Shown here in pieces: positions 46,065 to 54,540 of a stretch of 64,000 nucleotides of DNA. The notes beneath the pieces were generated by a model, which made no database searches, was not told where the DNA came from, and saw nothing but the letters and a program-made list of their open reading frames with translations. This DNA comes from Aneurinibacillus sp. (GTDB lineage: Bacteria > Bacillota > UBA5301 > DYFA01): NCBI GenBank assembly GCA_020725425.1, contig DYFA01000045.1:4051-68050 (forward strand), given 5' to 3'. A program made the position numbers and the translations under genes. Every line of letters begins with the position of its first letter. The first letter of the stretch is position 1.

Positions 46065-46829
46065 CTAGAGCTTGATCTTTCGGAAGGCCTTTACGTAGTC
46101 CGCCAGGAAATCCACCAGCGTCGAGAGGGCCTCTTCGCCTATCTCCCTGGAACCTGTGTTCGGATCATCGCCGAAGTTGCCGGTCCGGGTGGCCTCGTGA
46201 GTATAGGTCCACACCGGCATGATCTGGCCACGGAACCTGATGCGGCTCGGCGCCAGGATCTCAATCTCGTCGGTCAACGGGATCGGTTCGTGGGGCTTCG
46301 CCTGGTCCATCCGCATGGCTTCCGGCATGCAGGCCCAGACCGCGGAGGTTTCGATCATGTCGGCGTGACCCACGGCCAGCCACTTCTTGTCCAGGGCTCC
46401 CACCGTCTCCCACCACTGGATGTGGGTCAAAAGACCACCCTTGGGCCGGATTTCCACCGAGACCCGGTCTATGTTGGGCTTGTTCCCCCCGTGGCCGTTG
46501 ATGACCACGAAGTACTTGATGCCGTACTTCATGAGGCTGTCGACGATCCCCTTGAAGGTTAGGTAGAAAGCCTCGTTGGGGACGCTCACTGCGACGAACC
46601 CCTGGTGGTACTCGCAGAAGCCGTAGGAGACAGGGGGCGCGACGATGACGTCGCCGAGTTTCTCCCCAAGCCTCTTGGCGATGGTGCGCGCGATGATGAT
46701 GTCGGTGCCCAGGGGACAGTGGTGGCCGTGCTGCTCGATGCTGCCGGTCGGGATGATGGCTACGTCCGTGCGGGAGAAGGCCTCTTTGGCCTCCGGCCAA
46801 GTCATTTCTTCAAGCATGATCTTTTTCAC
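46065..46829 (-). CDS. Creatininase-family amidohydrolase
   Basis: 254 aa. Motifs are IIPTGSIEQHGHHCPLGTD ... VVINGHGGN. Confidence 0.85.
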   Translation of the reverse strand: MKKIMLEEMTWPEAKEAFSRTDVAIIPTGSIEQHGHHCPLGTDIIIARTIAKRLGEKLGDVIVAPPVSYGFCEYHQGFVAVSVPNEAFYLTFKGIVDSLMKYGIKYFVVINGHGGNKPNIDRVSVEIRPKGGLLTHIQWWETVGALDKKWLAVGHADMIETSAVWACMPEAMRMDQAKPHEPIPLTDEIEILAPSRIRFRGQIMPVWTYTHEATRTGNFGDDPNTGSREIGEEALSTLVDFLADYVKAFRKIKL

Positions 46830-46894
46830 GGCAGGATCTCCTTCCTAGGTGCTTGGGCGGCAAGGTACCCTCTCACCCGCCTGCGGTGTGGACT

Positions 46895-47953
46895 TTACCG
46901 TGCGATTTCCCTGTTCCACAACTCTGTCCACGCGGGCCGTACAGTGTTAACGTACTGCCAGTCGACGGGGATCAGATTGGCGACCAGGTCCTCACCCAAA
47001 GGCAGCTTCTTTTGATCTTCACTGCTCAGCAGCTTGACGGCTTCCATGTTAACCGGACCGAGGTAGATGTCTCTGGCGTTGGCCGCCTGCACCTCGGCGC
47101 TGAGCACGAAGTCGATGTACTTCTCCGCCAGCTCTTTGTTCTTGCAGCCCTTGGGTATGCCCTGGACCGTGTCAACCAGATAGGCGCTCTCCTTCGGGAT
47201 CACCCAGTTCACCGGGATCTTGGCGTCCATGAGGTTCGGCACCCGGTCGCTGACCCAGTAGGCGATCCACACCTCCTCCCGGGCGAAGAGCTGCGCCAGT
47301 TGATCGTGGGCGGTCCAGATGGTGTAGAGGTTCGGCTTCAGAGTCTTGATTTTCTCGATCCCCGGCTCGATCTTCTTCTCACTTCCGCCGTTCATCCGCG
47401 CGGCCATCATGAGGAAGGTCACGCCATGAGAGGTGTTGATGTCGGGAATGGCGACGTGTCCCTTGTATTCGGGCTTCCAAAGGTCTTCGTAGGAAAGGGG
47501 TTTCTTGACCTTCTCGGTGTTATAGGCGATCACCTGAGTGCTGTACTTGTAGTACACGAAATTCTTGCTGCGATTCCTGAAGATCGGGTACATCTTCGCC
47601 ATATTGGGGATACGGGAAGGGTCGATCGGTTCGAAGAGTCCCTCGGCTTCTGCTTGCAGGGCGCCCACAGTGTCCAGCGTGACGACGTCGATTTCCGGGT
47701 TGCCTTTCTGGGCTCTCATCTTGGCCACGGTCTCCATCGTCAGGCCCGGCACGATCCGGAAAGTGACGCCGTACTTCTTCGAGAAGGGCTCGAGGACGTT
47801 CTTTTTCCAGCCGACTTCGTACGACCCTCCGGGGAGCGTGATCACCAGTTCCTTCTTCTCGGCGGCCAACGCCGCGAGCGGCACGGCCAGGAGCAGCACC
47901 ACCACGGTCAACAGAGCCCTCAATACCGGACTTCTCACGTTCGACCAAGACAT
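46895..47953 (-). CDS. ABC transporter substrate-binding protein (PotD/family-1 type), system 2
   Basis: The start is set at ATG 47953 (MSWSNVRSPVLRALLTVVVLLLAV), preceded by AAAGGAGG. It is a paralog of the 35009-36055 protein (GSYEVGWKKNVLEPFSKKY). Confidence 0.85.
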   Translation of the reverse strand: MSWSNVRSPVLRALLTVVVLLLAVPLAALAAEKKELVITLPGGSYEVGWKKNVLEPFSKKYGVTFRIVPGLTMETVAKMRAQKGNPEIDVVTLDTVGALQAEAEGLFEPIDPSRIPNMAKMYPIFRNRSKNFVYYKYSTQVIAYNTEKVKKPLSYEDLWKPEYKGHVAIPDINTSHGVTFLMMAARMNGGSEKKIEPGIEKIKTLKPNLYTIWTAHDQLAQLFAREEVWIAYWVSDRVPNLMDAKIPVNWVIPKESAYLVDTVQGIPKGCKNKELAEKYIDFVLSAEVQAANARDIYLGPVNMEAVKLLSSEDQKKLPLGEDLVANLIPVDWQYVNTVRPAWTELWNREIAR

Positions 47954-48066
47954 TCGGCCTTCGCCTCCTTTCAGACACTCACCTGTACCCTCGACGATGG
48001 AACCCGACCAATAAGCGAACCGGTCATCCCCCCCTTTGCGCACGTTTTCCCCGCTCCCGACGCCCG

Positions 48067-49224
48067 TCAAAGCAGGCGGCGGTAGACCGCCATGGCTTCG
48101 GACCGGCCTATCTCCCGGGGACTGTTATCCAACAAGCGCGCATTACTCAGCGCGACTTCAACGGCGTGAGGAAGGTGATCAGCATTCAGCCCCAGCTCCG
48201 CCAGCCGGTGCGGCACCGGCAGCCGGGCGACCAGGGCGGCGATAGCCTGGACGGCCCGCGCTGCGGCTTCACCCGGGGAACCAGCCCCTGCCGCCGCCCC
48301 GATCATTTCGGCCATCCGGGCCAGCTTCGCCTCGCAGGCCGGGGCGTTGAACTCCAGCGTGACGGGCAGAAGCAGCCCGTTGGCCACCCCGTGGGCGACC
48401 CCGAAGGTGCCCAGTCCGTAGGCCAGGGCATGGACGGACGCCGTCCCGGCCACGCTCAGGGCAACCCCCCCTAGGAAGCTGGCCATGAGGAGGTCGGAAC
48501 GTGCCGGAAGGTCCCGGCCGTCCTGAACCGCCCGGTCCAGCGCACCGAAGATGAGGCGGATGCTCTCCAGCGCCACGCCGTCGCTCAAGGGGTTTGCCCG
48601 TCGCCCGACCAGAGACTCCACCGAATGCGTGAGGGCGTCCAGGCCGGTGGCGGCGGTGACGGTCGGTGGCAGCGAGACCGTGGTGCGGGGGTCCAGCACC
48701 ACCGCGTCGGGTACCAGGTGGCGGCTGACCAGCGCCTTCTTCGCCCCGTCCTGCTCATCCCGGATGATGGCGTTGGGAGTCGTCTCTGCTCCAGTGCCGG
48801 CCGTGGTCGGAACCATGATGGTCGGAAGGCCCCGCCCGGGAACCAGGTCCGGGCCGAAGTAGTCGTAGACGGTGCCGCCGTGGCTCATGAGCACCCCGAC
48901 CACCTTGGCCAGGTCCATGACGCTGCCGCCTCCGAGTGCGAGGAGCAAGTCAAAGCGCTCCTGCCTGGCCCACTCGCGGCAGGCCGCCACCATGGCGGTC
49001 GAGGGCTCCTCCACCACCCCGTCCCAGCAGCGCACTGTAAGACCGGCTTCTTCGAGTCGCCTGGTCGCCTCCTGGACTGTCCCGTTGCGCACCACGTTGG
49101 GGTCGGTGATGATCAACGCCCGCGTTCCGGACAGCTTGCGGGCAAGGGCCCCGATGTCTCCCAGGGCACCGTCGCCGAAGACCACCAGCGAGGGGCCGTT
49201 CAGGGCGAAAAGCGACTCGGCCAC
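48067..49224 (-). CDS. Iron-containing (group III) alcohol dehydrogenase
   Basis: 385 aa. GGGSVMDLAKV and His-rich metal ligands (ALTHSVE, HALAYGLG, HGVANG) are present. Confidence 0.88.
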   Translation of the reverse strand: MAESLFALNGPSLVVFGDGALGDIGALARKLSGTRALIITDPNVVRNGTVQEATRRLEEAGLTVRCWDGVVEEPSTAMVAACREWARQERFDLLLALGGGSVMDLAKVVGVLMSHGGTVYDYFGPDLVPGRGLPTIMVPTTAGTGAETTPNAIIRDEQDGAKKALVSRHLVPDAVVLDPRTTVSLPPTVTAATGLDALTHSVESLVGRRANPLSDGVALESIRLIFGALDRAVQDGRDLPARSDLLMASFLGGVALSVAGTASVHALAYGLGTFGVAHGVANGLLLPVTLEFNAPACEAKLARMAEMIGAAAGAGSPGEAAARAVQAIAALVARLPVPHRLAELGLNADHLPHAVEVALSNARLLDNSPREIGRSEAMAVYRRLL

Positions 49225-49268
49225 GATCTTACCTCCTTGCCAGGGGGACCGGACGAAGCGTCGGTCGC

Positions 49269-49970
49269 CTAAGAGGTCGCTTCTTCCTTCTGCTCTCTCT
49301 CGCGCAGATACTTCGCTACCCGCTCCCCGGCCTGAGTGATGTGGGCCCTGATCACGGCTTCGGCCCGCTCCGCGTCCCGGGCGCCCAAGGCTTCGATGAT
49401 GGGCTTGTGGCCCTCGGCTTCCTGAACCAGCTGCTCGTCGGTCGTCAGCGCGTGCTTGGAGATCACCATGAAGAGCCGCGTGAGCGTGCGGATCCCGTCC
49501 AGGACCTTGAGCAGCCGTTTGTGCTCGGACCGGGTCCAGATCAGCTCGTGGAAGGTCAGGTCCCTCGCTACGAAGGCTTCCGTGTCCTTGCGCCGCGCCG
49601 CGGCGACCATCTCCTCCGTGTATCTGGTCAACTGGGCCAGGTCGCGGCCCGAAACCCTGGTGGCGGCGAGCCTCGCCGCCAGTCCCTCAACCACACTCCG
49701 CAGGGTGAAGAGCTCCTCGACGTCTTCCTGCCCCAGGTGGGAGACGAACGCCCCTTTGCGCGGGACCGTGACTACGATCCCCTGCCCCTCCAGCTCACGC
49801 AGGGCTTCTCTGATGGGGGCCCGGCTGATCCCCATCTCCTTGGCGATGTGTTGCTCGACCAGGCGGTCCCCCGGCTTGAAGTGCCCATTTGCGATGGCCC
49901 GGACGATCTCGTTGGCGACTTCGACCCGTAGCGCTTTGTTCTCCGGTGGCCGGAAGGAAACCCTATCCAC
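49269..49970 (-). CDS. GntR-family transcriptional regulator (FadR/FCD subfamily)
   Basis: Contains a winged HTH (LVEQHIAKEMGISRAPIREALRELEGQGIV) and an FCD domain. I prefer GTG 49970 (6 nt after GAGGG) over TTG 49976. Confidence 0.85.
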   Translation of the reverse strand: MDRVSFRPPENKALRVEVANEIVRAIANGHFKPGDRLVEQHIAKEMGISRAPIREALRELEGQGIVVTVPRKGAFVSHLGQEDVEELFTLRSVVEGLAARLAATRVSGRDLAQLTRYTEEMVAAARRKDTEAFVARDLTFHELIWTRSEHKRLLKVLDGIRTLTRLFMVISKHALTTDEQLVQEAEGHKPIIEALGARDAERAEAVIRAHITQAGERVAKYLREREQKEEATS

Positions 49971-49999
49971 GCGCAACCCTCGCTTTGCTGCTGCACAAT

Positions 50000-50007
50000 T
50001 GTCGACA
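50000..50007. promoter_or_regulatory. Palindrome TGTCGACA, candidate GntR/FadR-type operator, in an AT-rich leader
   Basis: It is an exact 8-bp palindrome ~30 nt upstream of the GntR start. It fits the generic FadR-subfamily pattern t.GT-N-AC.a. Confidence 0.35.
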
Positions 50008-50099
50008 GTCTTCAGTCTACACTTCCATATTAGACGTTGGTTTCCACTATTCCTTCACGAATTATGACATTATTTTGCACTCTCAGAGCGTCCGGCCGG

Positions 50100-50654
50100 T
50101 TATGCGCTGTTCCCGCCGACACCAGACTCCTCCTGAACCAGAAGCCTGGTCCCGCCGTTCCAGACGGTGGCCTCCCGAAGCGTGGCATCCTGCGAACCGG
50201 TGATATACGGCATCTGCAGGCCGAGACGGCTGGCGCTCTGGGAATCCAGCGAGACATCGACAGCCACCCATCCGCTCTCCACCAGGACTTCGTTGACGGG
50301 ATGGGCCTCCCCCCACTCCAGCCGGGCGGCGCCTTTCAACTTGAGCCAGGACGGCGGGGCACCCGTCAGACGCTGCCGGCGGATGCGGCAGGGAATACCA
50401 CTCGCCCGGCACAGCGCGGCGAAAAGGAGAGCTTTGCCGGTCGCCGAACCCCTCCGGAAGCAGAGGACCTGCGACGCCCGGTGCGCCAGAGGCTGGCGCT
50501 CGATCTCCAGGATGATGTGTTCCCGGACGAACTCGGCCAAGGCGCGGACCTTCTCTTCCCGGGTCGGCCGCCCCGCCGTCAGATCCGAGGCCTGCCGCCT
50601 GATCTTAGGATCGTGGTGGTTTATCAATTCGGTCGATTCAAGATAGTCCTCCAT
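50100..50654 (-). CDS. Transglutaminase-like domain protein, canonical catalytic Cys position substituted
   Basis: 184 aa from ATG 50654. The core reads RRGSATGKALLFAALCRASGIPCR ... EAHPVNEVLVESGWVAVDVS. Ala sits where family members have G-x-C. His and Asp are retained. Confidence 0.65.
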   Translation of the reverse strand: MEDYLESTELINHHDPKIRRQASDLTAGRPTREEKVRALAEFVREHIILEIERQPLAHRASQVLCFRRGSATGKALLFAALCRASGIPCRIRRQRLTGAPPSWLKLKGAARLEWGEAHPVNEVLVESGWVAVDVSLDSQSASRLGLQMPYITGSQDATLREATVWNGGTRLLVQEESGVGGNSA

Positions 50655-51144
50655 CACACTCCGCCACCTTCCTTTGCCTTTCCCACAGCGCCAACCCGAG
50701 CGCAACAAGGCACAAGCCGCCCGCCAGCGCCGCTCTCCTCCGTCGGAACGGTAGGCGTTCCCGCTTCCCGCGCTCGACCACCGTCAGCGACTCGGCGTGA
50801 AGGTCCAGATCCCCGCCGTGCACCGGGCATGCCCGGTGGAACGAACCACGGACTTCGACCGTGTCGCCGGTCACCCCGTAGCGCCCGGTCAGCTCGATCT
50901 CGCCGGCCAGGCGGGCCGGCAGCCACACGCCGAGCGCATTGGACCCGTCGTGGAGGTTGATCACCGCCCACCGGCCCCGGCGCATCACGTCGCCGACGAC
51001 CTCGCCGCGGTAGACCACCTCCCGCCCGTCGTGGCGGCGCGCCTCCCCGATCAGCTCCGCGCTGGACAGAGCCACGGCGGGCGAGGCCGTCGCCGCCACC
51101 CAGACGGCCACCGCCACCGGAAGGACGAACCAGGCGTTCCTCAC
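50638..51144 (-). CDS. Exported OB-fold-like protein with a C-terminal membrane anchor
   Basis: 168 aa from GTG 51144, which overlaps the trkH stop (GTGA) and lies 7 nt after GGGAGGTGAG. It has a signal peptide (...ATASPAVA), a beta-rich core and a C-terminal TM segment (LAGGLCLVALGLAL). Confidence 0.55.
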   Translation of the reverse strand: MRNAWFVLPVAVAVWVAATASPAVALSSAELIGEARRHDGREVVYRGEVVGDVMRRGRWAVINLHDGSNALGVWLPARLAGEIELTGRYGVTGDTVEVRGSFHRACPVHGGDLDLHAESLTVVERGKRERLPFRRRRAALAGGLCLVALGLALWERQRKVAECDGGLS

Positions 51145-52649
51145 CGGCCCCTCACCTCCCACACCAGGAACCCGAGGAGGGCGAAGACCGACATGAACTC
51201 CAGCCGTCCCGCCCACATGATCCCGATGTAGACCGCTTTGAGCAGGTCCGGCATGGAGGGGGAGACGAGGCCGGCGGACAACCCCACGTTGCCGGTGGCG
51301 GAGGCCGCCTCGAAAGCCGCCTCCCCGAAGGGGTAGCCGAACTGGACCGCCATCAAGGTTCCGAAGAGCCAGGTGAGAGTGTAGAGGATGACGATCAAGG
51401 CCGCCGAGCGAACGTGCCGGTCCTCCAGAACGATGTCCCGGATGTGGTGATACTTGGTGACGATCACCGCGCTGGAGGGCGCGACGATCCGCCTGACCTC
51501 CTCAGCCACCGCCTTGGCGATGATCCCCACCCTCAACCCCTTGTACCCGCCGGCGGTTGACGAGGCCGAGCCACCGATGAGCATAGCCACAATCAGCGCG
51601 GTGAGGGGCAGGGGGGGCCAGTCCTCGAGGAACTGCCGGGAGAAGACCGTCATGAAGCCGGTCGTGGTATGAGCCGAGATCAGGTGGTACCAACCCTTGC
51701 GCAGCATGAGGAGCGGCGTGTGGTACAGGCCGGCCTTGGCCATCCCGGCCGCCACCAAGGTGAAAAGAAGCGTCGACGTGACGAAGAACGAGACCACCTC
51801 GATGTTCCGGCGGATCTCCTTCCGGTTGCCCGTCCAAACCGCCCAGTGCAAGGCGAAGTTGAACGACCCGCAGATGAACACCAGGACGCCCACCAGCTCG
51901 TAGAGGAGACTGTGGTAGTAGTAGAGGTTGGAGGACTGGGGGGCGAAGCCACCTGTGGACCAGGCGGCCATGAAGACCCACAGGCCGTGGAAGAAGGACC
52001 GGTCCGCCGGCATCCCGATGGCCAGCCCGGCGCCTGCCTGGAGCAGAGTGCCTACGACCAGATAGGCGATGCTCACGAACCAGATCGCCTGGGCGGTGTG
52101 GCGCACGTTCGGCAGGAGTCGTTCGTCCTTACCCTCCCCCACGTAGATGGCATAGGCGCCGGACGCCTCGCGAATCAGGAAGGTCAGGGCCAGCACGACC
52201 ATGCCCTGCCCACCGACGTAGGTGAGGAGGTGCCGCCACATGTTGACTCCGTTGGCGAGGTGGTCCAGGTCTTGCACGAGGACGAGGCCGGTGGTGGTGA
52301 ACCCGCTCATGACGTCGAACATGGCGTCGAGGTAGGAACTCCAGTGGCCGGAGAGCCAGTAGGGCAGGGCCGCCACCACCATGGCGACGAGCCACGAGAG
52401 CGAGGCCGCGACCATCCCCTGGAGCCAGGTCAGCCGCCGCGGTGCTGCGTAGCACAGGTGCACCAAGCCGTAGCCGACGATCAAGGCGGCGGCGAACCCG
52501 ATCAGGAAGTCGACCGCCACGTTCCACTCGCCGTACAGCAGGGCCACCGCCAGGGGCACGAGCATCAGGAGGCCGATGCCGGTGACGACCCTGCCCGAGT
52601 AGTACCCCACGGTGAGTAGGGCTTCGAAGCGCTTCCGCCCGCCGGTCAC
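51141..52649 (-). CDS. trkH: TrkH/KtrB-family potassium transporter membrane subunit
   Basis: 502 aa, polytopic, with repeated MPM motifs (e.g. SGFTTTGL, WSTGGF, AHTTTGF, SATGNVGLS). Confidence 0.9.
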   Translation of the reverse strand: MTGGRKRFEALLTVGYYSGRVVTGIGLLMLVPLAVALLYGEWNVAVDFLIGFAAALIVGYGLVHLCYAAPRRLTWLQGMVAASLSWLVAMVVAALPYWLSGHWSSYLDAMFDVMSGFTTTGLVLVQDLDHLANGVNMWRHLLTYVGGQGMVVLALTFLIREASGAYAIYVGEGKDERLLPNVRHTAQAIWFVSIAYLVVGTLLQAGAGLAIGMPADRSFFHGLWVFMAAWSTGGFAPQSSNLYYYHSLLYELVGVLVFICGSFNFALHWAVWTGNRKEIRRNIEVVSFFVTSTLLFTLVAAGMAKAGLYHTPLLMLRKGWYHLISAHTTTGFMTVFSRQFLEDWPPLPLTALIVAMLIGGSASSTAGGYKGLRVGIIAKAVAEEVRRIVAPSSAVIVTKYHHIRDIVLEDRHVRSAALIVILYTLTWLFGTLMAVQFGYPFGEAAFEAASATGNVGLSAGLVSPSMPDLLKAVYIGIMWAGRLEFMSVFALLGFLVWEVRGR

Positions 52650-52774
52650 TTCCGGGTCACCATCCAGGCGATCAGTCCCGCCAGGCTCAGGAGGACGCTG
52701 ACGCAGGCCGTCTCGACAGTCAGGCCGACGAGGTGGTCAGTCCAGTCCCGGACCGGAGTGCGCAGTCTCCTCAT
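52646..52774 (-). CDS. Small membrane protein (42 aa) between trkA and trkH, below the ORF-track cutoff
   Basis: Translation is MRRLRTPVRDWTDHLVGLTVETACVSVLLSLAGLIAWMVTRK. GAGAGGAGTGG lies 7 nt upstream of ATG 52774. Its stop overlaps the trkH GTG (GTGA). Confidence 0.45.
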   Translation of the reverse strand: MRRLRTPVRDWTDHLVGLTVETACVSVLLSLAGLIAWMVTRK

Positions 52775-52790
52775 CGCCGTTCCACTCCTC

Positions 52791-53966
52791 TCACCCCTGA
52801 CCCTTCCGGCCGACCAGAGCCGCCCGCAGGGCGTCCTCGCGCCCGCGGCGCGTGACCGCCATCACCGTGTCGCCGGCCTTGAGGACCGTGTCGCCGCGGG
52901 GGAAGATGACCTCCTCCCCGCGGATCACTGTCGTCAGGACCGAGTCAGGAGGCACCGCCGCCTCCCGGAGAGGGCGGTTGACCAGGGGAGAAGCGGGAGT
53001 CACCTCGGCCTCGACGATCTCCAGCTCCCCGCGCTTGAAGGTGAGCAGCGTCCGGAGTTCCACCACGTCGATCTCCTGCTCGATCATGCGAGCGAGGATA
53101 GCCGTGCCGCTGATCGCCGCGTCTACCCCGAGCATGGTGAAGATGCGCTCGTTCTTGGGATTGTTGATCCGGGCCACCGCCCGGGGCACCTGGAAGTTCC
53201 TCTTGGCCACCTGGCAGACGACCAGGTTCTCCTCGTCGTGTCCGGCCACGGCGGCGATCACGCCGGCCTGGTCAGCGTCGGCGTCGGCGAGGATGGCGGG
53301 GTCCGTCCCGTCGCCGTTGATCACCCGGACTCCCATGTCGTGGGCGATCCGCTCACAAAGCTCCGGTACCTTCTCGATGACCGTCACCTCGTGGCCCCGC
53401 GAAACCAGCGTCTTGGCGAGGTAATACCCCACCTTCCCCCCGCCGACCACGACTACGAACATCTTCCGTCTCCCCCGGCCCACGGTTTCCCCGGCCAGCC
53501 CTTCCTTGACCCCAGTCTCCACCGTTCCGGCCTCGCCAGCGCCCAGCTTGTCCCGGTACCGGAAGTTGTCGGTGGTGAGGAGGTTGCGGATCACCGTGAC
53601 CCCTATGTGGGTGGTGGAGACCGTCTCGAGGCCGAACTGGTGATAAGTCGCCTCCCGAGCGGGGTCGTAGATCCGGGCGATGACCCGCGGCACCTGGAAG
53701 ATGTGCCTGGCTACCTGAGCCGCCATGATGTTGGTGTTGTCCTCGTTGGTCACGGCGGCGCAGGCGTCGGCTTCCTCGATCCCCGCCTGCCGGAGGACGT
53801 CCTCGTCGATTCCGGTCCCGACCACTGTCTCCCCGTTGAACTCCGAGCCGAGGCTGGCGAAGGCGGCCCGGTCCCGGTCGATCACCACCACGTCGTGGCC
53901 ATCGGCCGACAACGTCGTGGCCAGCAGGGACCCTACCCGGCCGCATCCGATTACCACCACTCTCAT
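52791..53966 (-). CDS. trkA: TrkA/KtrA-type potassium uptake regulator (two RCK/NAD-binding modules)
   Basis: The start is set at ATG 53966 (MRVVVIGCGRVGSLLA), preceded by GGGGGGAGAGAGG. A second Rossmann motif is MFVVVVGGGKVGYYLA. Confidence 0.88.
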   Translation of the reverse strand: MRVVVIGCGRVGSLLATTLSADGHDVVVIDRDRAAFASLGSEFNGETVVGTGIDEDVLRQAGIEEADACAAVTNEDNTNIMAAQVARHIFQVPRVIARIYDPAREATYHQFGLETVSTTHIGVTVIRNLLTTDNFRYRDKLGAGEAGTVETGVKEGLAGETVGRGRRKMFVVVVGGGKVGYYLAKTLVSRGHEVTVIEKVPELCERIAHDMGVRVINGDGTDPAILADADADQAGVIAAVAGHDEENLVVCQVAKRNFQVPRAVARINNPKNERIFTMLGVDAAISGTAILARMIEQEIDVVELRTLLTFKRGELEIVEAEVTPASPLVNRPLREAAVPPDSVLTTVIRGEEVIFPRGDTVLKAGDTVMAVTRRGREDALRAALVGRKGQG

Positions 53967-53980
53967 ACCTCTCTCCCCCC

Positions 53981-54027
53981 AAAAGCAGAAGGCCAGCTCC
54001 AACCAGTCTCCCTGGCTCAAGCTGGCC
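53981..54027 (-). terminator. Intrinsic-terminator-like hairpin plus U-tract immediately upstream of the trkA SD (internal attenuator candidate)
   Basis: On the RNA the element is GGCCAGCU-(inner CCAG/CUGG)-AGCUGGCC followed by UUCUGCUUUU and then GGGGGGAGAGAGGU-AUG. Confidence 0.55.
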
Positions 54028-54097
54028 TACCGACGACCCCGCTTCGGCGTTGTCCTCGGTCTCCCGGCAGTGTCTGACAGTTGCAGGCAGAGCCCGT

Positions 54098-54475
54098 TCA
54101 GTGACTCGCCGGCAGGTGCCGGTCGAGGATGAACACCTCGACCCGCTCCCCCGTCTTGGTGCTGATGTCGCTATGGCTGCTCAACACGGAGCAGCCGGTG
54201 AGGTTGGCGATGATCGCCTCCAGGTCGTTGGCGTAACTCTCGCGCAGGACCTGGCGCATCATCTTCACCACTTGGCGTCCCTTCTCGGTCTTCACCAGGT
54301 GCTGCTCTTCGGTAGTGAGGACGCCCCGGAGGCGGACGATCACCATGTCGCCCAGAACGTACGCCCTGGCCGACTCCGGCCCCTTGCCGAAGAGCCCCCG
54401 GTGAAACTTGGTCACCGCCTCGGCGATGGCGGCCTCAAGCTTGCCGACCCCGTTGAGGAGATGGACTCTCTCCAT
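54098..54475 (-). CDS. DUF2294-family protein (MpsC-like)
   Basis: 125 aa from ATG 54475, preceded by GGGGGTGGTGAA. Contains AIAEAVTKFHRGLFGKGPESARAYVLGDMVIVRLRGVLT. Confidence 0.7.
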   Translation of the reverse strand: MERVHLLNGVGKLEAAIAEAVTKFHRGLFGKGPESARAYVLGDMVIVRLRGVLTTEEQHLVKTEKGRQVVKMMRQVLRESYANDLEAIIANLTGCSVLSSHSDISTKTGERVEVFILDRHLPASH

Positions 54476-54486
54476 TTCACCACCCC

Positions 54487-54540
54487 CAAAAAGCAAAAGC
54501 CGACACGGTAACCATCGCTCACAATGGCCCAATGTCGGCT
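54487..54540 (-). terminator. Intrinsic terminator/attenuator hairpin at the 3' end of the trk-operon leader
   Basis: On the RNA the element is AGCCGACA-(27 nt with inner stem)-UGUCGGCU followed by UUUUGCUUUUU and then the SD GGGGGUGGUGAA-AUG. Confidence 0.65.

Noticed and set aside
31112-47953. Duplicated importer/deacylase modules as a possible mobile or recently transferred island.
   Set aside because: No transposase, integrase, flanking direct repeats or tRNA target are visible. Base composition matches the surroundings.
47975-48031. 18-codon upstream ORF (MTGSLIGRVPSSRVQVSV) in the ADH-SBP2 spacer.
   Set aside because: The G-run abuts the ATG with no spacer. The peptide has no features. 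It is most likely chance.
53967-54097. A second complete c-di-AMP-type aptamer upstream of trkA.
   Set aside because: Only ~85 nt precede the hairpin, which is too short for that class. I kept it only as a terminator/attenuator.
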